A stretch of 64,000 nt of DNA from Cyanobacteria bacterium P01_F01_bin.150 (GCA_039189765.1 JBCCYL010000004.1:1-64000), one strand, 5' to 3'. Shown: positions 49,812-61,388, counted from the first letter of the stretch. Notes: generated from the letters alone by a model not told the origin. Made by a program: numbers and translations.

Positions 49812-50831
49812 TTAGCGTTGGGAATCCTTGACAGGCCTTTCCTTCATAAGCTTTCCAAGGGTTTTCTTGCCCTGGACCACCTGATTAATTTGCTCCAATG
49901 AATATCCATCCATAATCAACTCCCGCACATCACATCCGATGCGACTACTAATCGCACCAATCGATGCACCCTTCATTGATTCCGACGAAGAGGGGGATGG
50001 AACAGAGGCATTCACGGACTGTATCGCCTTTTGATAGAGGGCTTGCAATAATCCAATATTGGCAACCCGCCACGGCAGGAGATTCACTACAGCACGTTGA
50101 CTGTCTTTGGCGAACACCACAAACTTGCCTTTGGCATCACAAGCTAATGTGTGGATAGATTGTAAGGGAATTTGAGTTTTATCAAAGGTGAGGCCCGCTT
50201 GACTAAACGCGACATCTCCAAACATTAAAGGCTCTCCAGATTGAAACTGTTGCCAAGTTTTGTCCCACAGCTCTTGGGTGACGATGGTTTCTAAGTCAGA
50301 ACCGAGCTGTCGAATCCGCTTCAACCCAGTTAGATGGACCTTCTGTCCCGACTGTAGAATCAAGTTATAGCGCCAGGAGAGAGGCGGACGGTGTCGCCGA
50401 CCATAGTGGGGCACCTGCCGAATTTCTGCGATCAGACTGAAGGGAATGATATCTCTCTTAATACCTCGATGATAGATTAATCCACTGTCATATACCTCGA
50501 CTTTGAGACTCGCTTCCCACCAGGCATAAATGCCGCTGAAGCATGCGATCGCCCCTAATAATGCAGCAATCGTAACGCCTATGGCACTGGGATTGACCGC
50601 TATGGAAAATCCTGCCAAACAGAAGAGTCCGATCGCCATCCCTCGCATAAGTCCCACACTAGCTGCTGCCGCCGGAAACGTGGAGCGGTAGTCCCCTAAG
50701 ACAGAGTGGTTGATTTGATTCGCTGTTTCCATCTTCAGTTCAATACTTATAGATAAAAAAGGCCAAACATCATAGACGGTCACGGTGGCTCCGCCTATTT
50801 TCCTGAGTATGTCACACCATGTTTGCGGCAT
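49812..50831 (-). CDS. hypothetical membrane protein (PH-like domains)
   Basis: Long ORF with two TM helices followed by soluble domains; start uncertain. Confidence 0.65.
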   Translation of the reverse strand: MPQTWCDILRKIGGATVTVYDVWPFLSISIELKMETANQINHSVLGDYRSTFPAAAASVGLMRGMAIGLFCLAGFSIAVNPSAIGVTIAALLGAIACFSGIYAWWEASLKVEVYDSGLIYHRGIKRDIIPFSLIAEIRQVPHYGRRHRPPLSWRYNLILQSGQKVHLTGLKRIRQLGSDLETIVTQELWDKTWQQFQSGEPLMFGDVAFSQAGLTFDKTQIPLQSIHTLACDAKGKFVVFAKDSQRAVVNLLPWRVANIGLLQALYQKAIQSVNASVPSPSSSESMKGASIGAISSRIGCDVRELIMDGYSLEQINQVVQGKKTLGKLMKERPVKDSQR

Positions 50832-50877
50832 TTTAAGTGAGGACTAATTTTTAATAAAATCCAGCATCAATCGGTCA

Positions 50878-52209
50878 GTGACCTGCAAAAATCAGTCACA
50901 AGACACTGAACAATGGTCTATGGCCAAAACACTCAAAATGGGACTGATCATTTGGGCTGCTTTGATAGGGGGGCTGCTGCTTTTGGCTGGCCTTGCCGTC
51001 TCCGCTTACTTTCTGGCGGACCCCAATCGGACGTTCTATCAGAAACGATTCTATGCCATTGTCAGCCAACCCCAGTTACCGGATACTGGCGACTCAATTA
51101 TTTTAGAAGGCTGGCATGAAACCAAGCGCGATCGCCGTAATCCTGTTTATTCCAAAGGTAGCGAAGCGGTCAATGGATTGTTTTTTATTAACTTGAACCA
51201 GCCCCAACTGACCCATTGGGTCGAATCTGTTCCATCTAGGCCCTTTGACCAGAACAATACCTCTCAAATTATTGGGCAAGGACACCGTCCTAAGCAGATG
51301 ACTCTTTTGCCAGACGGCACCTACACCCTGCAATCCTATCCCGATGCCCTACAGCAACGATTGAACCAAGGCGATATCATCACCATTGCGTTAGCTGCGG
51401 ACGGTCAGGCGTTGGCCTATACGAAGAGCGATCGCCATGCTCCCATTGTGATTGACCCACTGGATGGGTCCCCTGGGCAGGAAATTTTGGCCGATTTTCC
51501 AGACATGATCCAGACCCTGATCTGGAGCCATGACGGTCAGTCTTTAATTCTATCCAGTTGTGACGTGACCACCCATGGGGGACAGGAGCCAGGAACGCTA
51601 GCCTCTTTATATCGCGTCAATGCTGACGGTACCGGACTACAGCAATTGACGCTGGAATCTGAGCCAGCCACTTGTCATCAGCACAGCGGTATCGTCAATG
51701 ACCTGATCAGCCTCCCAGACGGTAACCTAATCTATGTTTATGGCGATACGGGCAGCCATCACCATTGGCAACCGCAAGCGATCGTTCTCCTGAACCCTAA
51801 AACGGGCGAACGCCAGCAGCTAGAGTCCATTCAAACGGGCTTTGCCCATCTCAAACTGCTGCAGGATCAGCATACTATTGCCTATTTGCATCAAGGGGCA
51901 CTCTATCGTCGTCCTCTCACCGACTCTGGAACGACCGACTCTGGGACTGCTGAACTGATTTTTGCCCATCCAGATGGAAGGATTATCGACTTTGTTGAAT
52001 CGCCAGACGCGCAACAATTTGCCTATAAAGTGGTCTTTGATCATGAGTCAATTTTTGTACATCCCAGTGATACCTGGAGTCCCGGTATGGGTGGAGTTTC
52101 CTTTTTCAATGCTGAAGTATGGGTTGTGAATGCCAATGGAACCGCTTCACGACCACTGATCGATCAACATATCAACCCTAAGTTGATCGACTGGTATGGC
52201 GGTATCTAA
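50878..52209 (+). CDS. membrane-anchored TolB-like beta-propeller protein
   Basis: N-terminal TM; WS-DGQ, LYRVNADGTG-QQLT, SPD repeats. Confidence 0.72.
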   Translation: MTCKNQSQDTEQWSMAKTLKMGLIIWAALIGGLLLLAGLAVSAYFLADPNRTFYQKRFYAIVSQPQLPDTGDSIILEGWHETKRDRRNPVYSKGSEAVNGLFFINLNQPQLTHWVESVPSRPFDQNNTSQIIGQGHRPKQMTLLPDGTYTLQSYPDALQQRLNQGDIITIALAADGQALAYTKSDRHAPIVIDPLDGSPGQEILADFPDMIQTLIWSHDGQSLILSSCDVTTHGGQEPGTLASLYRVNADGTGLQQLTLESEPATCHQHSGIVNDLISLPDGNLIYVYGDTGSHHHWQPQAIVLLNPKTGERQQLESIQTGFAHLKLLQDQHTIAYLHQGALYRRPLTDSGTTDSGTAELIFAHPDGRIIDFVESPDAQQFAYKVVFDHESIFVHPSDTWSPGMGGVSFFNAEVWVVNANGTASRPLIDQHINPKLIDWYGGI

Positions 52210-52306
52210 TCGCGTTAAGTACAGTTGTTGTGTGGGGTGCGAACACACAACAACAAAACATCACACAACTAATGCTGCCTACCGGACATCCCCATCGCAA
52301 GGGTCT

Positions 52307-53806
52307 TTAAACAAAATCAGCCCGATTGATTTGATTGGCCCTGACGCCTTTAAGGACCGCCAGATCATCATTACCGTCACTGATCATCAGATTTTTCCCT
52401 TTTTGGGTGAACGTCACATCTTGGAAACCCAATCGTTTGGGCAGGGATAATTTATCTTGGCCATTCTTGAAATCCTGAACCAGGTCAAATCCCGGCCCTT
52501 TACTTAGAACGAACACATCGTTGCCTTTCCCCCCCTTGACCTTGTCTTTGTTTTTGCCACCTATTAAGCGATCGTTGCCGTTGCCGCCGACCAGATTATC
52601 GTTACCCGTGCCCGCCTTGAGCAGATCATCGCCATTGCCACCTTTAAGTCGATCGTTATCTCCACCTCCAATGAGAACGTCATCGTTATCCAGACCAAAA
52701 AGCTTATCTTTTCCCTTTTTGCCAATGATCCGGTTTTTGCCTGCATCTCCAATTAGGCGATCGCCCTTCTTCGTTCCCACAATTTTGGCTTGAAAAGAGG
52801 GTGGCACAACAGGCTCCTGGTTATTGCCAGGATTGGTAGGAGGCGGGGAAACAGGTGTCTCGGTATTGTTGCCAGGATTGTTAGAGGGCGGTGGGTTGCT
52901 CGTACTGCCATAGCCGAAGGTACTGGTTGTTCGTTCATCAACACGACCACTTGCAGAGTTATCTTTATCGACGCTGGAGGTGGCCAGTTGACCGCTACTG
53001 TTGTAGGTCAGGAGGGTGGTGGTGCGTTCATCTGTAGTGTCATCACCATTATTGTCTCGATTGTTGATGACGGACGTCACTCGGCCATCTGTATAGCTGA
53101 ATGTAAGACTGTTACGAAAAATCGCGTTCGTGCCCTGACTAATCGTGTTGACAACAGAGGTGAGTTGACCACTGGTGTTGTAGCTAAATGCGATATTTGC
53201 AGTAGATTCAACAAAGCCATCATTATTATTATCAAATTCTCGCTCAATGCTGGTTAATTGGTTGCCGTTAAAAACAGAGGTTTCTACCAACCTAGAGGTT
53301 GAGTCGATCACGCCATCTGCATTGGAATCAGTCTCAGTAACCATTGTCACCGTGTTGCCGCCATTGGTGTAGGTCAAAATAGAGGTGTTTTGACAGTCAA
53401 TTTGGCCATCAAAATTGGTATCCAAGGTGGTAATAACTGAAGTGGGGGCATTCCCGCCATTGCCGTAGATGGAGCTGGATATAGAGCGAACGTTCGTTTG
53501 GCCATCCCCAGTCGTGTCAATATCCAGGGTGAAACCATCTAATTCATCGCTGCTGTTGTAGGAATTACTAATCTCGATATTGTTTTCGACCGTGCCATTG
53601 GCTCCGTTATCAATCTCTAAAGATTGAGAGAGGTTGTTGCCCCCAGCATCATAGGCATAGGTGCCGCTCGTTCGTCGCTCAATAGATCCATCTGCACCCA
53701 AATCTTCATCTATTGTTGCAGTCGTGTAGCTTGTCTGAATGGCAGAAACTTGACCCGGCAAATTAAACGGATCAAGCGTCCTGTAATCAATTTCAGGAAT
53801 GGCCAT
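52307..53806 (-). CDS. RTX-type calcium-binding secreted protein
   Basis: D-N-DG-.D repeats in the N-terminal half, Pro/Asn linker, GGxGxDxL nonamers and C-terminal D-V-DF-G-D. Confidence 0.88.
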   Translation of the reverse strand: MAIPEIDYRTLDPFNLPGQVSAIQTSYTTATIDEDLGADGSIERRTSGTYAYDAGGNNLSQSLEIDNGANGTVENNIEISNSYNSSDELDGFTLDIDTTGDGQTNVRSISSSIYGNGGNAPTSVITTLDTNFDGQIDCQNTSILTYTNGGNTVTMVTETDSNADGVIDSTSRLVETSVFNGNQLTSIEREFDNNNDGFVESTANIAFSYNTSGQLTSVVNTISQGTNAIFRNSLTFSYTDGRVTSVINNRDNNGDDTTDERTTTLLTYNSSGQLATSSVDKDNSASGRVDERTTSTFGYGSTSNPPPSNNPGNNTETPVSPPPTNPGNNQEPVVPPSFQAKIVGTKKGDRLIGDAGKNRIIGKKGKDKLFGLDNDDVLIGGGDNDRLKGGNGDDLLKAGTGNDNLVGGNGNDRLIGGKNKDKVKGGKGNDVFVLSKGPGFDLVQDFKNGQDKLSLPKRLGFQDVTFTQKGKNLMISDGNDDLAVLKGVRANQINRADFV

Positions 53807-54036
53807 GGGGATTCTCCTTCAGTACGTGATGATTGAAATAATGGGGTATCCAATTTGAGGATCGATACCCGTAATCACACGAAAGAGTATAAGGAGTGAC
53901 AGAATAGCACCCGAAGAATTAACCTAAAGTATTAATTTTCTATGGAGGAATTTTGTTACAATCCCTTTGTAACGCAAATTGCATTACGACTTTTAAAGTA
54001 GCAGCGAACAATGATCTTTGAGACAAAGGAACTACG

Positions 54037-55536
54037 CTACGTCGCTCCTGAAAACGCAGCCCCAATCGCATCGACTACTCGTTTAACGTGAATGATATCC
54101 ATCTCAATTTCTATTTCTGGTGATGCGGCAGGAATGATAGCCCTCGTAAATCCTAGCTTGAGTGCTTCTCTGAGTCGCCGCTCCATTTGGGATACAGCCC
54201 GGACTTGACCTCCCAAACCCACCTCTCCAATTAGGACGGTGCCCGAGTCGACAACGCGATCGCGAAAACTTGCCGCTACCGCCACTGCAACGCCCAAATC
54301 AGCAGCAGGTTCTCCCACATTTAGCCCTCCAGATGAGGCAACATAGGCATCTAACTTAGACAGGGGAATCCCCACCCGCTTTTCCAACACGGCTAAAATT
54401 TGCAGCAATCGATTATATTCAATACCTGTGGTTGAGCGACGTGGGGACGCATAGCTGGTGGGACTGACTAAGGCCTGTAGCTCTACCAGCAGAGGACGGG
54501 TTCCTTCACAGGCCACAATAGTAGCAATCCCAGGCACCTGTTCGTCTTGATTGCCCATAAACAGCTCGGAAGGATTTAACACCTCGGTCAGCCCCTGGTC
54601 TGCCATCTCGAACACTCCCAATTCTTGGGTTGCCCCAAAGCGATTTTTCACCGAGCGCAACAGGCGATGGCTGGCAAAGCGATCGCCTTCAAAATACAGC
54701 ACCGTATCCACCAAGTGTTCCAAAACTTTGGGGCCTGCGATCGCGCCCTCTTTTGTGACATGGCCCACAATCAACAGAGTAATATTGTCCCGTTTAGCAA
54801 TATGCATTAAAGCCGAGGTGCATTCTCGAACTTGGGACACTGAACCAGGGGCAGAATTTAAAGCTGAAAAGTAAAGGGCTTGGATGCTATCAATAATAGC
54901 AACTTCAGGATGTAACGAATTGAGTTCCGCAAGCACTGTCTCCAAATTTGTTTCCGGCAACACGTAAAAGTCCTGTTCAGCTACAGCAGCGTTTTTTTTA
55001 GGTTTAGGTTTAGCTTCATTTTTAGGGTTAGCTAATGTTGAGCTAGATTGGGTTACCCCTAGCCGCTGGGCACGGAGCTTAACCTGCTGCCCCGATTCTT
55101 CGGCACAGACGTAAAGAACAGTGTGCGATCGCCCTAGCTGATTAGCCACTTGTAGCAACAGCGTTGATTTCCCAATGCCCGGATCGCCACCGACTAAGAC
55201 TAACGAGCCTGGAACCATCCCTCCGCCAAGGACCCGATCTAGCTCTCCATAGCCAGAAGAGAGGCGTGTAAAGGTGTGGTCAGTAATTTGGGGCAATGTT
55301 AATGACACCAGCGGCTTGGGTTTCGCAGAAGAAGAGGCTGTCCGCCCAGACTGCACCAATGCGGTTCTTGCTTCCCCGATTGCCCCGGCAGATCGCAAGG
55401 ATGACTTAGATGGGGTTTCTGGAATGGCTTCCTCCACCATCGAATTCCAGCTACCGCAAGCAGGACATTTGCCAAAATATTGGTGAGAATCGGCACCACA
55501 TTCCTGACATACATACCGAGAACGAGCTTTAGGCAT
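54037..55536 (-). CDS. radA: DNA repair protein RadA/Sms
   Basis: C4 zinc finger, GDPGIGKSTLL, KNRFG. Confidence 0.97.
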   Translation of the reverse strand: MPKARSRYVCQECGADSHQYFGKCPACGSWNSMVEEAIPETPSKSSLRSAGAIGEARTALVQSGRTASSSAKPKPLVSLTLPQITDHTFTRLSSGYGELDRVLGGGMVPGSLVLVGGDPGIGKSTLLLQVANQLGRSHTVLYVCAEESGQQVKLRAQRLGVTQSSSTLANPKNEAKPKPKKNAAVAEQDFYVLPETNLETVLAELNSLHPEVAIIDSIQALYFSALNSAPGSVSQVRECTSALMHIAKRDNITLLIVGHVTKEGAIAGPKVLEHLVDTVLYFEGDRFASHRLLRSVKNRFGATQELGVFEMADQGLTEVLNPSELFMGNQDEQVPGIATIVACEGTRPLLVELQALVSPTSYASPRRSTTGIEYNRLLQILAVLEKRVGIPLSKLDAYVASSGGLNVGEPAADLGVAVAVAASFRDRVVDSGTVLIGEVGLGGQVRAVSQMERRLREALKLGFTRAIIPAASPEIEIEMDIIHVKRVVDAIGAAFSGAT

Positions 55537-55582
55537 GATTAATTTAAACCTAACCTTTTACGCAGGGATATCAACGTAAGGA

Positions 55583-55710
55583 GGGAAATAGGGGCGCGAC
55601 GCGCCCCCATTTCCCACAAACTTGTTCCGCCTTAAGTTGGAACCCATACTAGAGTACCAACTTAAGGTGGGAAATGGACGCGACGCGCCCATTTCCCACA
55701 AACTTGTTCC
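55583..55710. repeat. tandem pair of REP-like palindromes
   Basis: GGGAAAT..GCGCGACGCGC..ATTTCCCACAAACTTGTTCC present twice (55583-55628, 55667-55710); third copy at 43944-43980. Confidence 0.75.
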
Positions 55711-55732
55711 ACAACTCAATCAGGCTGCTGGC

Positions 55733-56290
55733 TTAATCCTTATAGTCAATGGTGAATGATATCTCTGGTTTAGCAACAGGGGAATTAATAAATGTAGGTA
55801 GTTGAGGGTCTGAGGACTTAGCCTCCTCATGCTGCTCAGAACATCTATTTTTAGGCGATAGAACCTGTGTGGATGCATGCTTCCTCGAGGGTGAAGCCGC
55901 GACCTTTCTTTGTCCCGGAGTCCTATGGGAAGCCGTGGGAGAAATCTTAGGGGAAGCCGTAGGAGAAATCTTAGGGGAAATCGAGCGATCGCGCTTTCCA
56001 ATTAGGTTGGGCAGGGATGGTGAAACGGCTCTTTGGGGTTTAGAGCATTTCTCTCGGCTGTCATCTATTGTTCTGCCACGCGTTGTCGTTTGAGCCTCAG
56101 GCATAGAAGGCAATAGATTATTAGCCATCTTTTCATCCGCATCAATCACCTGCACCTGGGGCAAATCAAGGCCCTTGGACAATGCCCTGGGTTTCTGGCG
56201 ATTAGATGCGAACGCCAAGATAGCACCGCCCAGAGCGACGATAGGAAAGGGTAAATCAACCAAAGGAAGCCAGCTAATCACCATTATCAT
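55733..56290 (-). CDS. hypothetical protein (N-terminal TM, disordered tail)
   Basis: LP-PI--LGGA-LA-ASN TM motif; SPKISPTA repeats; start uncertain. Confidence 0.55.
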   Translation of the reverse strand: MIMVISWLPLVDLPFPIVALGGAILAFASNRQKPRALSKGLDLPQVQVIDADEKMANNLLPSMPEAQTTTRGRTIDDSREKCSKPQRAVSPSLPNLIGKRDRSISPKISPTASPKISPTASHRTPGQRKVAASPSRKHASTQVLSPKNRCSEQHEEAKSSDPQLPTFINSPVAKPEISFTIDYKD

Positions 56291-56495
56291 GCATGGGTTA
56301 TCGACAAAGCACAGCCATCATCATGTTAGTTAAGATATGATTTCCCTTCACTGGGCGAAGGGAAATCATATTTATGTTCAAATAGTGTCCACTGGCTATA
56401 TGACCGGATCGTATCATTCTTAACACAAAAAAACACATAGATTTGGGCGTAAAATAAGTTGCCGTATGAGCCCAACTTAAACCGAGGAGTTACCC

Positions 56496-57218
56496 GTGTC
56501 CTTTCGTGCAATCGCCTTTCCTGATCTGTCTAAAGCAACTGCCACCAATACATCTGCTACCAATGCATCTGACCGCCTTCAGCTAGTGTTACTCCATGGG
56601 TGGGGGGCAAACGCCCAAGATGTGGCGGCAATGGCTCCCTATCTCCTGAAAGAAGTAGATTCCTCTCGGCTGCAAATGCTGTTTCCAGACGGGACCTATC
56701 CCCATATGGTTCAAGGGAGCATGGGGATGCCAGGGGGCCGTATGTGGTACGACCTCCCGGCTGACTACACCTTTGGATCCTCGATTGATGCATCTCAAGA
56801 TAAAGCGCCACCAGAAGACTTACTAAAAAGCCGCAATCTATTGCTAGAGTGGCTGCAAAGCCTTGAGAGCCAAACCGGTATTCCCCTATCTCGTACGATC
56901 CTTGCCGGGTTTTCCCAAGGGGGAGCCATGACCTTAGATGTTGGTACGCGGTTACCTTTGGCAGGGTTAATGGTTCTAAGCGGCTATCTTCATGAAAATT
57001 TAAGCAATCGTCCATCCTCCCTGCCTCCCATACTGATGGTTCATGGTCGTCAGGATCCAGTTGTGCCAGTCACTGCGGCTCATCAATCTCGGGATCGGCT
57101 TATTCAGCTACAAGCAGCGCTTGAGTATCATGAACTAGATATGGGACATGACATTCCGTTAACAGTTCTCGAACTTATGCAAACTTTTGTAGGCCGTATC
57201 CTTGTTTCCTTGGGATAG
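56496..57218 (+). CDS. phospholipase/carboxylesterase (alpha/beta hydrolase)
   Basis: LHGWGAN, GFSQGG, HG-QDPVV, MGH; RBS GAGGAG. Confidence 0.92.
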   Translation: MSFRAIAFPDLSKATATNTSATNASDRLQLVLLHGWGANAQDVAAMAPYLLKEVDSSRLQMLFPDGTYPHMVQGSMGMPGGRMWYDLPADYTFGSSIDASQDKAPPEDLLKSRNLLLEWLQSLESQTGIPLSRTILAGFSQGGAMTLDVGTRLPLAGLMVLSGYLHENLSNRPSSLPPILMVHGRQDPVVPVTAAHQSRDRLIQLQAALEYHELDMGHDIPLTVLELMQTFVGRILVSLG

Positions 57219-57385
57219 ATAGAAAGGAAATGTTCTAATAGATGTAGGACATCAGTGGCATCAGTAATAACAACGAGGCTATCATATGCCTAGTAGCATT
57301 TTTTACTTCATCTTGTGGAGTATTTAATTCTTGACATAAGCGTTATTCGACCTGAATACACCCTGAGCGGAAATGGGAGGCTGAT

Positions 57386-57598
57386 ATGACGACACTGACA
57401 TTTTCTAACAAAGATGTAGCAACAGTAACTGAGAACGACATCGCCGATCTGGCGAAGCGCCTGGAACAGGATGATTATGCGAATCCGTTTGATGGGCTTA
57501 GTGATTGGCACTTTCTTCGGGCGATCGCATTTCAACGGCCAGATATGGTTGAACCTTATATCTATTTGCTTGAAATGGAAAACTATGATGAGTCTTAA
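57386..57598 (+). CDS. DUF2555-type small cyanobacterial protein
   Basis: LAKRLEQDDY-NPF-GL-DWH-LRAIAFQRP; conserved upstream of coaBC. Confidence 0.85.
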   Translation: MTTLTFSNKDVATVTENDIADLAKRLEQDDYANPFDGLSDWHFLRAIAFQRPDMVEPYIYLLEMENYDES

Positions 57599-57718
57599 TG
57601 CACTCTCTGGCTACTGTTGAAAAATTATATTCGCTGTGATGGATAGCGATCGCGTAACTCATTTTACGAACTAGAGTCGTCGTAGAATATGAGATGCTCT
57701 AATCGGGTTAGATAACTC

Positions 57719-58972
57719 ATGGTTCTAGGCGACTCTGTTCACGGCAAGCACATCCTCATTGGCATTAGCGGCGGTGTAGCCGCGTATAAGGTCTGTGAAG
57801 TGGTTTCCACCCTGGCAAAGGCCGGTGCAGACGTTCAGGTTATTGTTACAAATGAAGCCCAGCGGTTTGTTTCTCCTCTAACCTTTGCTGCCTTGTCTCG
57901 TCACCCTGTCTATACCGATCAGGACTTTTGGTCTGCCCAACACCCTCGTCCCCTTCATATTTCCTTGGGAGAGTGGGCCGATGTTTTTCTTCTCGCTCCC
58001 CTCACGGCCCATTCCTTGGCTCAGCTTGCCTATGGACTAGCAGACAACTTAATGATGAATACGGTGTTGGCTTCCACTTGTCCGTTGCTACTGGCTCCGG
58101 CAATGAATACGGATATGTGGCAGCAAGAGACAGTACAACATAATTGGCAACAGGTCCAATCCCTGCGGCGTTGTCACACAGTGGGACCAAGACAGGGGCG
58201 TTTGGCATGCGATCGCGTTGGGACGGGTCGGATGGCTGAACCGTCTCAACTTATTACCCATCTCCAATCGCTACTGCAAACCCACGGAAACTCTGATTTG
58301 ATCGGACAGACAATCTTGGTTAGCGGTGGTAGTACCCGTGAACATCTGGACACGGTAAGATTTATCGGCAATCCTTCCACTGGAAAAATGGGTATCGCCC
58401 TCGCGCTAGCAGCTCATCATCGGGGAGCTGAAGTGATTTTTGTTCATGGCCCAATCGATAAAGCACTATTGGCTGATTTATCAGGCTTAGAAAAGTTACG
58501 TTCCATCTCTGTCCTTAGCGCCTCAGAAATGCATAAAGCCATGCTCCAGGAATTTTCGGATGCGAGCTGGACACTTATGGCAGCGGCTGTTGCGGATGTA
58601 AAACCGACTGATTATCATCCTAAAAAACTGCCGAAAGCTAAACTTCCTGATGCTATTGCGTTGAGTCTAGTTCCCGATATTATTGCGGACCTGGGGAAAC
58701 AAAAGCAGCCCCATCAAAAGCTGGTGGGATTTGCCGCCCAAACCGATGATATCGTTCCGCCTGCTCGGAGCAAGTTAACGCGGAAAAAATTAGATGCAAT
58801 TGTTGCTAATCCCATTGATCATGCTGGCAGCGGTTTTGGTAGCGATCAAAACCAAGGTGTTTTTCTGGATTGCCACGATCGACAGCGGCCTATTCCCCTC
58901 TGTACAAAGCTAGAGTTAGCTCATTATCTGCTCGATTTTATTAAAGAAATGGACGCAACTGTTAATGATTAA
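57719..58972 (+). CDS. coaBC: phosphopantothenoylcysteine decarboxylase / phosphopantothenate--cysteine ligase
   Basis: GG-AAYK, PAMN-DMW, LACD--G-GRM, VRFIGNPSTGKMG, GFAA. Confidence 0.96.
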   Translation: MVLGDSVHGKHILIGISGGVAAYKVCEVVSTLAKAGADVQVIVTNEAQRFVSPLTFAALSRHPVYTDQDFWSAQHPRPLHISLGEWADVFLLAPLTAHSLAQLAYGLADNLMMNTVLASTCPLLLAPAMNTDMWQQETVQHNWQQVQSLRRCHTVGPRQGRLACDRVGTGRMAEPSQLITHLQSLLQTHGNSDLIGQTILVSGGSTREHLDTVRFIGNPSTGKMGIALALAAHHRGAEVIFVHGPIDKALLADLSGLEKLRSISVLSASEMHKAMLQEFSDASWTLMAAAVADVKPTDYHPKKLPKAKLPDAIALSLVPDIIADLGKQKQPHQKLVGFAAQTDDIVPPARSKLTRKKLDAIVANPIDHAGSGFGSDQNQGVFLDCHDRQRPIPLCTKLELAHYLLDFIKEMDATVND

Positions 58973-58983
58973 GAGTGTAATGA

Positions 58984-59349
58984 TTAATGGTGTTTCGTCT
59001 TAAATATAGCCGCTTCTAAAAGCTCTGACCGCCAGAGATTTGCCCGACACAGTTCTACACAATACTGATTGATCAAAGCTTGCTGTTGGTGGTTTCTCAG
59101 ATGGCCAAAGGTGTCGTAGTAGGCGATCGCATTGGCAATATCAGAAGAATCGCGTGGATTAATACCATGCTTTTCTAAGTGTAAGCGGTATAGTTTTTTC
59201 AACTGATATAGAGCAAGGCTCTTAACTAAGACCTTGGCTTCAGACTCTGATAGCCCTAACGCCATTACCGTACGCCACTCTAAGCAGCTTAACCCATCAC
59301 AGAATGGAAAATTAGATGATGGTATCGGACCTTCAGAAGCAGAGTACAT
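58984..59349 (-). CDS. hypothetical protein
   Basis: ORF filling the gap between coaBC and ycf23; no motif recognised. Confidence 0.5.
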   Translation of the reverse strand: MYSASEGPIPSSNFPFCDGLSCLEWRTVMALGLSESEAKVLVKSLALYQLKKLYRLHLEKHGINPRDSSDIANAIAYYDTFGHLRNHQQQALINQYCVELCRANLWRSELLEAAIFKTKHH

Positions 59350-59552
59350 ATCTAGAAAATGGGTAAGGCAACCCTGACCCTATATTGTGCCCATATACAA
59401 ACCAGCCTTTGATGTTGATTCAAGCAATATTAGACCTATTGCGGAAAAAACGACTTGATACAGCCATTGTTATACCAGCTAAGAGATTGTTTTCCCCGCG
59501 TACGGGGAAAAACAGAATTCATGGCTTAACCAGGAGTGTCTATGGTTGGGCG

Positions 59553-60323
59553 TTAGCTCTGGATGTATGAGTTCATCGCCGACTGGACGGAAGACAGGGC
59601 CTCCGTCAATTGACGAACCGCAGCCGCCATGGCAACTTGGCTATTGAGTTTGTTAATCGCAGAACCCACTCCTATACCGGATGCGCCAGACGCGATCGCC
59701 ATCGGAGCAGTCACGCTGGACAGTCCAGACGCGCAGAGAACAGGGACATCTACTACCCGTGAGATTTCATACGCTGCCGCCAACGTTGGTGCAGCTTTTT
59801 CAATCAACCCCAACGTCCCTCCATGGCTAGGTTTGCTACTAGTACCGCCCTCTGTTTGAATAATGTCAGCTCCAGCCTGTACCAACTGCTCTGCCAAATG
59901 GGCCTGCTGATCCAGCTCTAAAATATGAGGAACAGTGACAGAAAGAGTAACCTGAGGAAGAAGTCTACGTGTTCTCTGAGTTAACTCTAGAACCTCCGCT
60001 GCCTCAAAGCGACGCCCTTGAGCATAAAAAACGTCAAAGTTTCCAATTTCAATCAAGTCAGCTCCTGCTTGTACCGAAGCAACAAATGCTTCAGGGTCTA
60101 CCGCAGAGACGCAAATCGGCAATTCAGTTAAAGGACGTACCGCGCGAACCAGCTCGGCAGAAGCCGCAATATCCACGAACGTTGCCCCCCCTTGGTCTGC
60201 GGCTTTAACAACCGCGATTACATGGTCAACGTCAAAATTGCTTAGACCACTGATAATTTTCAAGGCACGCTTCTGAGAAAACGCGGTCTGGAGCGTTGAA
60301 GGAATAGTCATAGATTTTCTCAC
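59553..60323 (-). CDS. ycf23: DUF561 / Ycf23 family protein
   Basis: LKIISGL-NFD, GGATFVDIA, EIGNFD-FY, LSVTVPH, IQTEGG. Confidence 0.92.
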   Translation of the reverse strand: MRKSMTIPSTLQTAFSQKRALKIISGLSNFDVDHVIAVVKAADQGGATFVDIAASAELVRAVRPLTELPICVSAVDPEAFVASVQAGADLIEIGNFDVFYAQGRRFEAAEVLELTQRTRRLLPQVTLSVTVPHILELDQQAHLAEQLVQAGADIIQTEGGTSSKPSHGGTLGLIEKAAPTLAAAYEISRVVDVPVLCASGLSSVTAPMAIASGASGIGVGSAINKLNSQVAMAAAVRQLTEALSSVQSAMNSYIQS

Positions 60324-60873
60324 ATGAAAAAGTAACGTTATGCATCATTGGGGCTCAACGTCATGTACGAAGCGTCCCCGCTTGCCGTCAATCTAAGCGG
60401 AACCATACGTCATGAGCAGAGTATGAGTAAAAATACCGCAATCCCCAAAATGCCTAGCAGTGAAGAGTTTAAGTTGTCTTGGCCATTCTGCCATGAAGCA
60501 GAACGCAATGACCATGATTGTAAGGAATATCTGCTTTGAACGGAAAATATCACGGACTATTACGACAATCTAGGCACCACATACCTCACCCCTTACAATA
60601 TCAGCGCAACCAACAGGATGCCGTCTTGACAATAATCTTAAGACTTACCAAAGTTGTCAATTTGCATTAGGAGCGGAGTTTCCAAATCTCCGCGCTTTGT
60701 AATTTCATCAAATCTTTACTTTGATTAAGATTTAAACTAAATTGTTCCTCCATGATAGATTCCTTAGGATTTGTGAGTAATTAAAGATGATTGTTGAATA
60801 GTTAATCGCCTATTGTTGTCACCATTTGTTATGTCGAACACTAGATTATTTTGTTAAGAACTGTTCTTTGAAG

Positions 60874-60930
60874 GGTTTCGTTTTAAGGCGAAACAAAAAT
60901 GACGGTGGTGTGAGCGCAACGCGCCCACAC
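60874..60930. repeat. REP-like palindromic dispersed element (truncated)
   Basis: GGTTTCGTTTTAAGGCGAAACAAAAATGACGGTGGTGTGAGCGCAACGCGCCCACAC. Confidence 0.65.
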
Positions 60931-61388
60931 GATTTGTTTAGAGTTTATCCCCTCATTGAAATAGGAAGATCGAAATTTAATGTCTCTTTCACCCTGTTTA
61001 CATGATCAGGGTTCCCTACGTTCACCTTTGATTTTGATAAAGTTCGTTTAATACCGAAAAGGGTTAGTAGCAGTGTAGAGTGTTGTGTTTCCACTCTTTA
61101 CGTCGATAGCTATTGTTATCGACGTAAAGAGCAATCAGCTTTTGCTGTAAATGTGGCCGTGAAAAATAGGGTAAAGCGAGGGAGCTTAAGCAAATCTGCC
61201 TTGTTTTCAGATGATAAAGGCTAATATTGTCTCATTTTTATAAAATTTGTGTGAGAAATATTTCCGGACTTTGTAACGTTCTAAATGATGCTGGGTACTC
61301 TATGTTCTGGGTCATTGGCTCTCCCTATTCTTTCAATGTTGGGATTACCCATTTATATTTATCCATTTGGTAACTACGAGGTAAGTTC